Shown: positions 35,823 through 45,998, counted from the first letter of the stretch. The stretch is DNA of 64,000 nucleotides from an uncultured Sphingomonadales bacterium (GCA_964590595.1 CAZPXQ010000002.1:188068-252067), one strand, 5' to 3'. The notes: generated by a model from the letters alone, not told the origin. Translations and numbers: made by a program.

Positions 35823-37217
35823 TTACTCGATTGCCGCCAACGCCGCCGCCAAGGGCGTCGCCGGCATGTCATTGCGGGTCACCAGGCAGGAAATATCCGC
35901 CGCCGACAATGTTTCGCATAACGCCTTGGCGTCTGCCTTGGTGCTGAAACCGTCGGCCATCAGACGATGGAACAGCACGTCCTCGGCATTGCGCACCGGT
36001 TGCACCTGTGGCGTCAAGGTGGCGACCAGCGCCGCGTCTTGCTGTTCAATGGCTTGCCAAGCCGTCCGCACCTGTTCGAGTGTGCGGAAAGACGCCAATT
36101 GCACCCAATAGCGCCGCGCCGCTACCGGTTCCGAAACCGGCGCGGACTCTGGCGCGGGGTCTACCGCGGGTGTAGCTTCGGGCGCCGGAATCGGCTGCGG
36201 TTCTGGTTCTGGCTCGGGGGCTGATTCAGATGCTGGCGCTATTTGTGGTTCAAGTTCGGGTGCTTGCGGATAAGGCAATGGTTCCGGCTCGGGCTCGCCG
36301 CCGGCCATCAGGTCCGGCGCGAGCGCGACGCTTGGCGCTGCGGCCAAGGGCTCGTCCACCGGCTGTGGGGTCTTGGTGGCTTGGGCGCGCGCCAAAGCGC
36401 CCGGTGGCAGCCGCCGCAAATACACAGCCGCCGCCTTTTCCGCCAGATCCAGGCTTGGCAAAACCCGATAAAACACGTCTTGAGTGGCCGCGCCGTCGTC
36501 GTCTTGTTGCCCGCTCAGCGCCACCGCGACATCGGTCTGGCCGGACAGCGCATAAACCAGCGCCAGCGCATCGCGCGCCTGGTCCTGCACGCCGCCCGTA
36601 TTGACCAGGTCGCGCAGCAATTGCAGCGCCGAGGCATATTCGCCAGCCAAGGCAAAAGACAGCGCCATATTAATGCGCACCCCGGCATTGCCGGGTTCCA
36701 AGTCCAGCGCCTTACCATAATCGACCTGGGCTTGCACCGGCTGGCCCTTCAGGTCAAACGCCAAGCCCCTGCTGGCCCAAACTTGCGCCGTGGCTCCGCC
36801 GGCGGCGATGGCGCGGTCCAACAGGTCCAAAGCCTCGCGCGGCTGGTTTTGAATGAGATGGGAACGCGCCCGCCGCGCCAAGGCTTCCGGGTGCTCCGGC
36901 GCCAGCGCCAGCGCCTGTTCATAATAGGCCACTGCTTGGCGCAGACCGCCGGCGCGCCAATTCAAGTCGCCCAGTTTAATCAGAATCTCGGGGTTATTGG
37001 GGTCGCGCGCCGCTGCCCGCTCATAAATGCCGGCCGCGCCGCGAATATCGCCAGCGGCGGCTAAACGGTCGCCCAAGCGCAGGAGTTGCGCGCTGTCGGC
37101 ATTGGCCAAATTGCCATCCGGCACCAGCATATGTTGGCTGGCCGGCGGCAATTGCGGCGTTGATGATGCGCAGCCACTAACCATTCCAGCCAGGCAAAGA
37201 ACCAGAAAAAAGCGCAT
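35823..37217 (-). CDS. TPR + SPOR domain lipoprotein
   Basis: Lipobox LAGMVSGC, TPR repeats, a Pro/Glu-rich linker, and a C-terminal SPOR-like segment (YWVQLASFRTLEQVRTAW...). Confidence 0.8.
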   Translation of the reverse strand: MRFFLVLCLAGMVSGCASSTPQLPPASQHMLVPDGNLANADSAQLLRLGDRLAAAGDIRGAAGIYERAAARDPNNPEILIKLGDLNWRAGGLRQAVAYYEQALALAPEHPEALARRARSHLIQNQPREALDLLDRAIAAGGATAQVWASRGLAFDLKGQPVQAQVDYGKALDLEPGNAGVRINMALSFALAGEYASALQLLRDLVNTGGVQDQARDALALVYALSGQTDVAVALSGQQDDDGAATQDVFYRVLPSLDLAEKAAAVYLRRLPPGALARAQATKTPQPVDEPLAAAPSVALAPDLMAGGEPEPEPLPYPQAPELEPQIAPASESAPEPEPEPQPIPAPEATPAVDPAPESAPVSEPVAARRYWVQLASFRTLEQVRTAWQAIEQQDAALVATLTPQVQPVRNAEDVLFHRLMADGFSTKADAKALCETLSAADISCLVTRNDMPATPLAAALAAIE

Positions 37218-37397
37218 AAGGCTATGAATTCCCTTGTCGAACGAGCATTGGCGCCATCAAGCGCGGCGGCGATTATGAAGCCGCCATGGTTAACGCGAGT
37301 CTAATTTTTCGCGCGGCTTGGAAAAGGATTTTTTAACAATTTGTGCGACCCTTCTGATGGCGGCAAGAAAGCCGCTGTTGCGAAGGAGGTCGGGACC

Positions 37398-37589
37398 ATG
37401 GATGTCCAAGCGACCAGTCAATCAACCATCACGCCATTGACCGCCACGGCGGCAACGCCGGGATCGGAATCACGCACCAATCTGCGCGACGCTCAAACTA
37501 AGGAAGCGGTGCGCGCGGCCGAGGAAAAACCGGAAACCCAGCAAGGCAAGAATCGCAGATCCGGCCAAGGCGTCGATATCACGGTTTAG
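37398..37589 (+). CDS. small hypothetical protein (63 aa, low complexity)
   Basis: ATG preceded by GAAGGAGG at ideal spacing. No family recognised. Confidence 0.4.
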   Translation: MDVQATSQSTITPLTATAATPGSESRTNLRDAQTKEAVRAAEEKPETQQGKNRRSGQGVDITV

Positions 37590-37659
37590 GGCGGCTTGGC
37601 GTCGGCGTCACCCTGGGTTAGGCTTCGGGCATGTTGAACGCGCGAAGGATCCCCCAATC

Positions 37660-38883
37660 GTGATCTCCGAAAAAATCGAGTTTCCTGGCAGCCAGGGCCT
37701 GTTGGCTGGCCGGCTTGACCGGCCGTCTGGCAAGGTCCGCGCCCACGCCTTGTTTGCCCATTGCTTTACTTGTACCAAGGACATTCTGTCCGCCCGCCGC
37801 ATTGCCGAAACTCTGGTCGAGGCCGGCATGGCGGTCTTGCGGTTCGACTTCAGCGGCCTTGGCAATTCCGAAGGCGATTTCGCCAACAGCAATTTTACCT
37901 CCAATGTCGCCGACCTGGTCCATGCCGCCAATTATATGCGCGACCAGGGCCGCCCCATCGATCTGTTGATTGGCCACAGCTTGGGTGGCGCGGCGGTATT
38001 GGAAGCCGCCGGGCAGGTCGCCGAGGCCAAAGCCGTCGCCACCATTGGCGCGCCGTTCGACCCTGGCCATGTCGCCCATCATTTCGCCGATCATATCCAC
38101 GAAATCGAACAAGATGGCGAGGCCGAGGTGGAATTGTCCGGCCGGCGCTTTCGGGTCAAAAAACAATTTCTCGACGACATCCGCTCGCAAACCATCCATG
38201 ACGCCGTCAGCCAATTGCGCAAGGCCCTACTGGTGCTGCACGCGCCGCGCGATGAAGTCGTCAGCGTCACCAACGCCACCGAGATTTTCACCGCCGCCAA
38301 ACACCCGAAAAGCTTCATCAGCCTGGACGACGCCGATCATTTGCTGCGCAAGCGCGCAGACGCGGTTTATGTCGGCCATGCCATTGCCGCGTGGGCCAGC
38401 CGCTATCTCGACATGCAGCCCGCACTTGCGCCGCGCACGGGCCTACGGCCAAACCCCGAAGACACCTTGGTGGTGGAATGGCGCGACGGCAAATTCGCCC
38501 AACATATCAATGCCGGCGGCCATGTGATGCGGGCCGACGAACCCACCAAGATGGGCGGCGACGACAGCGGGCCGTCGCCATATGACCTGCTTTTGGCGGG
38601 ACTTGGCGCCTGCACTGCGATGACCTTGCGGATGTATGCGGATCACAAGAAAATCCCGCTGCAACAGGCCGCAGTGCGATTAAGCCATCGCAAGCAGCAT
38701 GCGCAAGATTGCGCCGACTGCCCGGACAAAGCCGTGAAGCTGGATGTCATTGAGCGGGAAATCGAACTTACAGGCGATTTGGATGCGGACACCCGCGCCA
38801 GACTGCTGGAAATTGCCGACAAATGCCCCGTCCATCGCACCTTGACAGGGCCCATTCGGATCGACAGCAAACTCAGTGATTAG
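37660..38883 (+). CDS. bifunctional alpha/beta hydrolase / OsmC-family protein
   Basis: N-terminal hydrolase domain (GHSLGG nucleophile elbow). C-terminal OsmC-like domain (GPSPYDLLLAGLGACTAMT...CPVHRTL). Confidence 0.85.
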   Translation: MISEKIEFPGSQGLLAGRLDRPSGKVRAHALFAHCFTCTKDILSARRIAETLVEAGMAVLRFDFSGLGNSEGDFANSNFTSNVADLVHAANYMRDQGRPIDLLIGHSLGGAAVLEAAGQVAEAKAVATIGAPFDPGHVAHHFADHIHEIEQDGEAEVELSGRRFRVKKQFLDDIRSQTIHDAVSQLRKALLVLHAPRDEVVSVTNATEIFTAAKHPKSFISLDDADHLLRKRADAVYVGHAIAAWASRYLDMQPALAPRTGLRPNPEDTLVVEWRDGKFAQHINAGGHVMRADEPTKMGGDDSGPSPYDLLLAGLGACTAMTLRMYADHKKIPLQQAAVRLSHRKQHAQDCADCPDKAVKLDVIEREIELTGDLDADTRARLLEIADKCPVHRTLTGPIRIDSKLSD

Positions 38884-38896
38884 CGCGCGAAAATAT

Positions 38897-39544
38897 TTAT
38901 TCGTTTTCCGTGCTATTTAAAAGGGCTTTGACAAATTCCGGATGCTTGTGGCGCTTCAGGCGTTCGGCGGCGAGAATGGTTTTGACGGCATCATAGCATT
39001 GCTCAAGATCGTCATTGATCAGCACATAATCATATTCCGCCCAATGCTCGATCTCGTCACGGGCCTTGTCCATCCGCCGGGCCACCACCGCCGCGCTATC
39101 CTGGGCGCGGGTCTCCAATCGCCGCTTCAATTCCGCCATCGACGGCGGCAGGATGAAGATGGAAACAATGCGGCCCTTGATGCTGGTTTGCGCCATCAAT
39201 TGCTGCGTGCCTTGATAATCGATGTCGAACAGCACATCACGGCCAGCGGCCAGCGCATCGTCCACTTCCGCCTTCAAGGTGCCATAGTGATTGTCGTGAA
39301 CGCGGGCATGTTCCAGGAACGCGCCTTCCGCCCGCAATGCCTGAAACCGCGCCTGGTCGATGAAATGATAATGCACGCCGTCTCGTTCCCCCGCGCGCGC
39401 TGCGCGGGTGGTCGCGGAAATCGACATCGTCAAGGCAGCATCCTCGGCCAACAATTTGCGTGACAACGTGGTCTTACCGGCGCCCGATGGCGAGGAGAGG
39501 ATCAGCATCAGCGGCTGGCGGCGGTCAAGTCTGGGGCTGGTCAT
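38897..39544 (-). CDS. gmk: guanylate kinase
   Basis: 215 aa. LSSPSGAGKTTL P-loop and family layout. Confidence 0.93.
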   Translation of the reverse strand: MTSPRLDRRQPLMLILSSPSGAGKTTLSRKLLAEDAALTMSISATTRAARAGERDGVHYHFIDQARFQALRAEGAFLEHARVHDNHYGTLKAEVDDALAAGRDVLFDIDYQGTQQLMAQTSIKGRIVSIFILPPSMAELKRRLETRAQDSAAVVARRMDKARDEIEHWAEYDYVLINDDLEQCYDAVKTILAAERLKRHKHPEFVKALLNSTENE

Positions 39545-39554
39545 GATGCGCGGG

Positions 39555-40439
39555 CTATTCGATGTTTTTTATCTGCTCGCGAACCTGCTCAATCACGGAT
39601 TTGAGGTCAAGCCCTATCCGCGTCAGATCCGGTTCAACCGCCTTCGAGCACAGCGTGTTGGCCTCGCGCATGAATTCCTGGCTCAGGAACTCCAGCGGCC
39701 GGCCCACTGGTTCCGCCCGTGCCAACAATTCGCGCGCGCTGGCCAAATGCGCCCGCAAGCGGTCCAATTCCTCGCGCACATCGGCCTTGGTCGCCAGCAG
39801 GGCGACTTCCTGGGCCAGGCGCTGTTCATCAACCAGCTTTGCAGCATCCAGCGCGTCCAAGCGTTCCTGCACACGCTGGCGCACCGCCGCCGGCTGGCTG
39901 GCGGCGGCTTGGCTGGCGGCGCTCACCAAGGCGTCGATCTGGTCTAGCAACCCGGTCAAAACCTCGGCCAATTGGGCGCCCTCGGCGGCGCGGCTGGCGT
40001 CAAGTTGCATGCAGGCTTCCTCGACACTGGCCAGAACAGCCAGTTGCAGTGCCTCACGGGCAGCTTCGTCCAGCGTTGGCATGGCTTGGGTGACCACCCC
40101 CGGCAGCGCCAATAGTTCCGCCGGTGTCGCCGCCGCCAGATCATGCTTGGCCATCAATGCCGCCGCCAGTGCCGCATAATGCGCCAGCAAGGCTTCATTG
40201 ACGCTGACATGAGCGCCTTGGGCGCCAGCCGCCGACGTTAAGTTCAATTGCACATTGCCGCGTGTGATATGGCGCGCCACCACCGCTCGGATCGGCGCTT
40301 CATAACCGTCATAGGCGGCGGGCAAGCGGCAGCGCAGTTCCAGGCCGCGACCGTTGACGCTTTTCAATTCCACCGCCCAGGCGGCGGCATCGGCCGCGCC
40401 CTCGGCGCGGGCAAATCCGGTCATGCTACGGATGGTCAT
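39555..40439 (-). CDS. yicC: YicC family stress-induced protein
   Basis: 294 aa. Begins SMTGFARAEG and ends ...REANTLCSKA...EQVREQIKNIE. Confidence 0.88.
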   Translation of the reverse strand: MTIRSMTGFARAEGAADAAAWAVELKSVNGRGLELRCRLPAAYDGYEAPIRAVVARHITRGNVQLNLTSAAGAQGAHVSVNEALLAHYAALAAALMAKHDLAAATPAELLALPGVVTQAMPTLDEAAREALQLAVLASVEEACMQLDASRAAEGAQLAEVLTGLLDQIDALVSAASQAAASQPAAVRQRVQERLDALDAAKLVDEQRLAQEVALLATKADVREELDRLRAHLASARELLARAEPVGRPLEFLSQEFMREANTLCSKAVEPDLTRIGLDLKSVIEQVREQIKNIE

Positions 40440-41461
40440 GGTTCCTCCTGAGCGCGTCGCTGGGCTTCAATCCGCCGCCATGCCGCCACATTGCGCAGAT
40501 GCTCGCGATGGGTGCGCGCGAAAACATGACCGCCGGTGCCGTCCGCGACAAAATACAGCTCGTCGCTGATAATGGGGTTAAGCACCGCATGCAAGGCGGC
40601 GACGCCGGGATTGGCGATCGGCCCCGGCGGCAAGCCGTCGACGACATAGGTGTTAAAGGGCGTCTCGGTTCTGAGGTCGCGGCGGCTGAGCGGCCGGTCG
40701 AGCTTGCCGCCGGCAATGCCGTAAATCACCGTTGGATCGGATTGCAACCGCATGCCGCGTCGCAACCGGTTGATGAAAACCGCGGCGACACGCGGTCGTT
40801 CCTCCGCCAATGCAGTTTCCCGTTCCACGATCGAGGCCAGGATCAACGCCTCCTCAGGCGTCGCCAAGGGCAGGCCCGGCGTCCGCTCCGCCCAGGCCGC
40901 GCGCAACGCCCGATCCATCGCCGTGCGCATCCGTGTTAGCACCGCCTGGCGCTGGTCATGGCGGACAAAATAATAGGTTTCCGGCAACAGGCTGCCTTCC
41001 GGCGGCACTATTGTGATCTCGCCGCGCAACAAGGGTTCCGCCTGCAGCCGGGCGACGGTTTCGGCCACCGTGCTGCCCTCGGGCAAGGTGAAACGGTGAT
41101 GCACCACCTGGCCAGACTGTAAAATCGCCAACACCGCCGCTTGGCTGGCCCGCGCCGGCACTTCATATTCACCCGCCAGGATCGGCTTGGGGTCGCCAAA
41201 CAGTCGTGCCGCGGTCTTGAACCGCCACGCGTCCGCCACCACGCCTTGGTGCGCCAGCAGTCGGGCCGCCCCGCCCAAGCTGGTGCCGGGTTCTAAAATC
41301 ACGATTGCGGGTTCGGACGCTGGCCCCGGACGTTGATACTCCGCCCGCAGCATCCACAGCCACGCCGCAGCCACCAACAACGCCGCAAAGACCGCGATGG
41401 CCGGCAGCCACAACCATCGCCAAGGGCTCCAGGTCTTGGGCTGTGGCGGCGGCTCAGTCAA
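40436..41461 (-). CDS. mltG: endolytic murein transglycosylase MltG (YceG family)
   Basis: 341 aa. N-terminal TM helix plus ASIVERE and SDPTVIYG motifs. Confidence 0.88.
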   Translation of the reverse strand: MTEPPPQPKTWSPWRWLWLPAIAVFAALLVAAAWLWMLRAEYQRPGPASEPAIVILEPGTSLGGAARLLAHQGVVADAWRFKTAARLFGDPKPILAGEYEVPARASQAAVLAILQSGQVVHHRFTLPEGSTVAETVARLQAEPLLRGEITIVPPEGSLLPETYYFVRHDQRQAVLTRMRTAMDRALRAAWAERTPGLPLATPEEALILASIVERETALAEERPRVAAVFINRLRRGMRLQSDPTVIYGIAGGKLDRPLSRRDLRTETPFNTYVVDGLPPGPIANPGVAALHAVLNPIISDELYFVADGTGGHVFARTHREHLRNVAAWRRIEAQRRAQEEP

Positions 41462-42722
41462 CGGCCCGCATGATCAACGAGGCATTGGTGCCACCAAACC
41501 CGAATGAATTCGACAAGGCGACATTGACCGGTCGCTGCCTGGCTTGATGCGGCACCAGGTCGATGCCCGAGCAATTTTCCGACGGATTGTCCAAATTCAG
41601 GGTTGGCGGCACGACATTGTCGCGGATTGCCAGGATCGAGAAAATCGCTTCCACCGCGCCGGCGGCGCCCAGCAAATGGCCGATCGCAGATTTGGTCGAC
41701 GACATCGACGCCGTCGCCGCCGCGTTGCCCAGCAGCCGCTTGACAGCACCGAGTTCAATTTCATCGCCCAGCGGGGTCGAGGTGCCATGGGCGTTGATAT
41801 AGTCGATATCCGAAGGGTCGATGCCGGCCCGCCGCAGCGCCATCTGCATGGCGCGATAGCCGCCATTACCGTCGGGTGCCGGCGCGGTCACATGATAGGC
41901 ATCGCCCGACATGCCATAGCCGATGATCTCGGCGTAAATGGTCGCGCCGCGCTTTTTGGCGTGTTCATATTCTTCCAACACGACCACGCCCGCGCCTTCG
42001 CCCATAACAAATCCGTCGCGATCGCGGTCCCAGGGGCGCGAAGCACGCTTAGGCTCGTCATTGAAACGGGTCGACAAGGCCTTGGCTTGCGCGAAGCCGG
42101 CAATGCCAATCGGGCAAATCGCGGATTCCGTGCCACCGGCAAGCATGATGTCGGCATCGTCCAGTGCGATCAGCCTGGCGGCATCGCCAATCGCATGGGC
42201 GCCCGAAGAACAGGCGGTGACGACAGCGTGATTGGGGCCGCGCAAATGATAACGGATGGAAATTTGCCCCGACGCCAAATTAATCAAGCGCCCGGTGATG
42301 AAGTGTGGGCTGACCCGGCGCGGGCCGCGCTCATGCAGTACGATGGCCTGTTCGGCGATGCCCTCCAGACCACCAATGCCCGATCCCATCATCACGCCAG
42401 CGCGGGCCGAGGCTTCTTCATCCTCGAACCGCTCAAGGCCAGCATCCTTCATCGCTTCATCGGCGGCACCCATGGCATAGACGATAAAATCGTCGACCTT
42501 GCGGCTTTCCTTTGGCTCCATCACCAAATCGGGATTGAAGCTGCCATCCGAACCATCGCCGCGCGGCAGTTCGCAAACCACTTGCGCGGCCATGCCGGTG
42601 GCATCGAAACGGGTGATCGGGCCAGCGCCCGACTGACCGTCCAGCAGCCGCGACCATACCGTCGGCACGCCAACGCCCAAGGGAGTGACCAAACCTAAGC
42701 CAGTGACAACAACGCGCCGCAT
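41454..42722 (-). CDS. fabF: 3-oxoacyl-ACP synthase II
   Basis: 422 aa. Active-site ACSSGAHAIG, and INAHGTSTPLGD...SNSFGFGGTNASL. Confidence 0.95.
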   Translation of the reverse strand: MRRVVVTGLGLVTPLGVGVPTVWSRLLDGQSGAGPITRFDATGMAAQVVCELPRGDGSDGSFNPDLVMEPKESRKVDDFIVYAMGAADEAMKDAGLERFEDEEASARAGVMMGSGIGGLEGIAEQAIVLHERGPRRVSPHFITGRLINLASGQISIRYHLRGPNHAVVTACSSGAHAIGDAARLIALDDADIMLAGGTESAICPIGIAGFAQAKALSTRFNDEPKRASRPWDRDRDGFVMGEGAGVVVLEEYEHAKKRGATIYAEIIGYGMSGDAYHVTAPAPDGNGGYRAMQMALRRAGIDPSDIDYINAHGTSTPLGDEIELGAVKRLLGNAAATASMSSTKSAIGHLLGAAGAVEAIFSILAIRDNVVPPTLNLDNPSENCSGIDLVPHQARQRPVNVALSNSFGFGGTNASLIMRAVD

Positions 42723-42842
42723 TGCGTGCTCTCCTTCCCCCTTGTGGCCCGGCCCCGCGCCGGTCGGATATCAAGCTGTGCGTGTCTTGCATTTCAGATG
42801 CCGGCCAGGGTTTTCAACCCCCTCGACCCCAGCACCCGATAA

Positions 42843-42873
42843 GGAAAAAGGCGCCGTTTGCGCGACGCCTTTG
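42843..42873 (-). terminator. candidate rho-independent terminator downstream of acpP
   Basis: On the minus strand, AAAGGCG...CGCCTTT forms a 7-bp stem that runs into TTTTT. Confidence 0.45.
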
Positions 42874-42901
42874 CCCGACCTCAGGGTCAAAGACGCCCGC
42901 C

Positions 42902-43138
42902 TTAGGAGGCGTTTGCCTTAATATAGTCAATCGCGTCCTTGACGGTGAGGATCTTCTCCGCAGCGTCATCGGGAATTTCAACGCCGAATTCTTCCTCGAA
43001 AGCCATCACCAACTCAACGGTGTCCAGGCTGTCGGCGCCAAGATCGTCAATGAAGCTGGCTTCCTCGGCGACTTTGCTTTCTTCGACGCCCAGATGCTCA
43101 ACGACGATTTTTTTCACTTTATCGGCAATTTCGCTCAT
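42902..43138 (-). CDS. acpP: acyl carrier protein
   Basis: 78 aa, with the [21 protein letters not shown] motif. Confidence 0.97.
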   Translation of the reverse strand: MSEIADKVKKIVVEHLGVEESKVAEEASFIDDLGADSLDTVELVMAFEEEFGVEIPDDAAEKILTVKDAIDYIKANAS

Positions 43139-43394
43139 CGTCTTCGGTCCTCAATTGTTCCGTTTACACGTTCGAATTTCTGCGTTCACACGCCCGATCC
43201 ACTTGCAAGCCCAACACCCGGCCTGCCGACTGGTGCGCGCTCATGCCCTTTTTCGGCGCCAAAGTCCAGCCCTGGTTGCATTTGGCAGCGCGCCCGGCAA
43301 CGCCAAAAGCGGCGGCTTGTTAGCATATGTTTTAGGACCTGACCAGCGCCCACGTCCAGTGCAAAAGCCATTCAGGCAAGCCATTTCGGTTTGC

Positions 43395-44132
43395 CTAAAT
43401 CATCGCCATGCCGCCATTGACGTGCAGGGTTTGGCCGGTGACATAGCCGGCCGCGTCGCTGGCCAAATAGGCGACCGCGCCGGCGACATCGGCGCCTTCG
43501 CCCAGCCGGCCTTGCGGAATGCCTGCCAGCAGCCGTTGTTTTTGGCCGTCGTCCAGCACGTCGGTCATTGGGCTCGCGATGAAGCCAGGCGCGACGCAAT
43601 TGACGGTCACGCCACGGCTGGCCACTTCCTGCGCCAAGGCCTTCGACATACCAATGATGCCGGCTTTCGACGCCGCGTAATTGGCCTGGCCTGGATTGCC
43701 GGTCACACCAACGATGCTGGTGATCGAAATGATCCGGCCCCAGCGGGCTTTCATCATGCCGCGCAAGGCCGCCCTAGCAAGGCGGAACCCGGCCGACAAA
43801 TTGACTTCCAGTACTTGATCCCAGTCGCCGTCCTTCATTCTGAGCGCAAGATTGTCGCGGGTGATGCCGGCATTGTTGACCAGGATATCAACCCCGCCCA
43901 AAGCCTCGGTCGCGGCTGGGATCAAGCCTTCCACCGCCGCCCGGTCACCCAAATCGCATGGCAGCGCGACGGTGCCGGCGCCCAGCGCACCGGCCACCGC
44001 TTCAAGGCGGTCCGCACGGGTGCCCGAAATGGCCACGCGGGCGCCCTGTTCAGCCAGGGCTTTGGCGATGGCCCCGCCAATGCCGCCGGTGGCGCCGGTC
44101 ACCAAGGCGCGTTTGCCGTCCAATTGAAACAT
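43395..44132 (-). CDS. fabG: 3-oxoacyl-ACP reductase
   Basis: 245 aa. GATGGIG, NNAGI, YAASKAG, and position within the fab cluster. Confidence 0.93.
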   Translation of the reverse strand: MFQLDGKRALVTGATGGIGGAIAKALAEQGARVAISGTRADRLEAVAGALGAGTVALPCDLGDRAAVEGLIPAATEALGGVDILVNNAGITRDNLALRMKDGDWDQVLEVNLSAGFRLARAALRGMMKARWGRIISITSIVGVTGNPGQANYAASKAGIIGMSKALAQEVASRGVTVNCVAPGFIASPMTDVLDDGQKQRLLAGIPQGRLGEGADVAGAVAYLASDAAGYVTGQTLHVNGGMAMI

Positions 44133-44149
44133 CGCTTGTCCTTTCCCGA

Positions 44150-45097
44150 TTACATGCCGCGCGCGGCGCCGATGAAGGCGTCGATTTCCGCCGGATCGCC
44201 CAGGGTGAAGGCTTCCAGCGACCGATCGATGCGCTTGGCCAGACCCGTCAGCACCTTGCCCGCCCCCAATTCGACCTGACAGCCAACACCGCGCGCAACC
44301 AGCGCCTGCACGCTTTCGCGCCAGCGCACGGTGGCGGTGACCTGTTCCACCAGTAGCCGGCGGATGGCTTCCGGGTCATCGACCGGCGAGGCCGTTACAT
44401 TGGCGACCAAGGGAACCACCGGCGGCTTGATCGCGGCGGCCTTCAAGGCATCGCGCATGGCATCGGCGGCCGGCTGCATCAACCGGCAATGAAAAGGCGC
44501 GCTGACCGGCAACAGCACGCTCTTGCGCGCGCCCTTGTCCTTGGCCAAGGCAATCGCCCGCTCGACCGCCGCCTTATCGCCGCTGACCACCACCTGGCCC
44601 GGCGCATTGTCATTGGCGGGCGCGCACACACCGTCGCCAGCGGCCTCGGCGGCGATCTCGGCTGCGGCGTCAAAGTCCAGGCCCAATAGCGCGGCCATCG
44701 CGCCCTCGCCCACTGGCACTGCTCGCTGCATCGCCTGACCGCGTAATTTCAACAGCCGCGCGGCGTCGGACAAGGTGAAGCTGCCAGCGGCCACCAGCGC
44801 CGAATATTCGCCTAATGAATGACCGGCGACATAGGCGGCCTGGTCGGCCAGCCTGAGACCGCTTTCTTCCAGCACCCGCGCCACCGCCACCGCCACCGCC
44901 ATCAACGCTGGCTGGGTGTTCTCGGTCAGCCGCAAATCCTCTTCCGGGCCTTCGAACATCAATTGCGCAAGCGGTTGGCCCAAGGCATCGTCCACCTCCT
45001 GAAAAACCGCGCGCGCGGCGGGATAGGCATCGGCCAGCGCCTTGCCCATCCCAACAAACTGACTGCCTTGGCCGGGAAAGACATAAGCGCGGGTCAT
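44150..45097 (-). CDS. fabD: malonyl CoA-ACP transacylase
   Basis: 315 aa. Begins FPGQGSQFVGMG and has the GHSLGEYSAL active site. Confidence 0.93.
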   Translation of the reverse strand: MTRAYVFPGQGSQFVGMGKALADAYPAARAVFQEVDDALGQPLAQLMFEGPEEDLRLTENTQPALMAVAVAVARVLEESGLRLADQAAYVAGHSLGEYSALVAAGSFTLSDAARLLKLRGQAMQRAVPVGEGAMAALLGLDFDAAAEIAAEAAGDGVCAPANDNAPGQVVVSGDKAAVERAIALAKDKGARKSVLLPVSAPFHCRLMQPAADAMRDALKAAAIKPPVVPLVANVTASPVDDPEAIRRLLVEQVTATVRWRESVQALVARGVGCQVELGAGKVLTGLAKRIDRSLEAFTLGDPAEIDAFIGAARGM

Positions 45098-45193
45098 GGC
45101 GGACTCCTTGATTGGTATCTGTGGGCGTGATGGCTTGCCTTAACCCTAAGCCCGCGCCGGCGCAAGACCATGTGCCGGCGCCAGCCAAAACGC

Positions 45194-45221
45194 TTGCGCC
45201 ACTGGCGGTTTTCGCTATAGT
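45194..45221 (+). promoter_or_regulatory. candidate sigma-70-type promoter for rpsF
   Basis: TTGCGC -16 nt- TATAGT, about 105 nt upstream of the rpsF start. Confidence 0.3.
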
Positions 45222-45325
45222 GCCGCGCTTCCTCGCTGCGGCGGGGAAGATTGGAAGTTCAGCTGGCAGGAAAACAAGGGCCATGACGGCCCAGGTTGAT
45301 GAATGTCGGCGTTAGGAGAAAAAAC

Positions 45326-45736
45326 ATGCCTTTTTACGAGCATGTCCTGCTCGCGCGGCAGGATATTTCGACCGCGCAGGTCGACAGCCTGATCGAGGAA
45401 GTTGGCAAGACCGTCGACGAACATGGCGGCAAAGTCACCAAAACCGAATATTGGGGCTTGAAGCCGATTGCCTATCGGATCAAGAAAAACCGCAAGGCTC
45501 ATTTCGTATTGCTGAACCTGGATGCCCCGGCCACGCTGATCGCGGAGCTGGAACGTCGCGCCCGCATTCATGACGACATTCTGCGCTATTTGACGGTGCG
45601 GGTGGACACCTTGGAAGACGGCCCCAGCGCGATGATGCGGTCAAGGGACCGTGACCGCCGTGGCGATCGTGGGGATCGCGGTGACCGTGGGGACCGTGGC
45701 GATCGCGGCGACCGTGGCGGCAGGCCGCGGCGTTAA
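45326..45736 (+). CDS. rpsF: 30S ribosomal protein S6
   Basis: The ATG at 45326 follows AGGAGA and gives [13 protein letters not shown].... The C-terminal tail contains (RGD)x6. Confidence 0.93.
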   Translation: MPFYEHVLLARQDISTAQVDSLIEEVGKTVDEHGGKVTKTEYWGLKPIAYRIKKNRKAHFVLLNLDAPATLIAELERRARIHDDILRYLTVRVDTLEDGPSAMMRSRDRDRRGDRGDRGDRGDRGDRGDRGGRPRR

Positions 45737-45773
45737 TCCGGGCCTTATTTCAGCGATATGAAGGAGAAATCCA

Positions 45774-45998
45774 ATGCGTAAACCATTTTGGCGCCGCCGC
45801 AAGACATGCCCGTTTTCGGGGCCTGACGCGCCGGCAATCGACTATAAGGACGTGCGGCTGCTGCAAGGCTTTGTGTCCGAGCGCGGCAAAATCGTCCCCA
45901 GCCGCATCACGGCGGTTTCGGCCAAGAAGCAACGCGCCTTGGCGCAAGCCGTCAAACGGGCGCGGCATATTGGGCTGCTGCCTTATATTGTCAGCTAG
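45774..45998 (+). CDS. rpsR: 30S ribosomal protein S18
   Basis: 74 aa. Contains CPFSG....IDYKDV.LL..F.SERGKI.PSRIT. Confidence 0.95.
   Translation: MRKPFWRRRKTCPFSGPDAPAIDYKDVRLLQGFVSERGKIVPSRITAVSAKKQRALAQAVKRARHIGLLPYIVS

Noticed and set aside
37290-37304. TTAA-N7-CTAA, a CtrA-box-like sequence upstream of the small ORF.
   Set aside because: One half-site is imperfect. A single occurrence in an AT-richer spacer is expected by chance, and there is no supporting context.
45659-45712. RGD repeats in S6 as an integrin-binding or adhesion motif.
   Set aside because: S6 is a cytoplasmic ribosomal protein. The RGD tripeptides are a by-product of an alternating Arg/Gly/Asp low-complexity tail.
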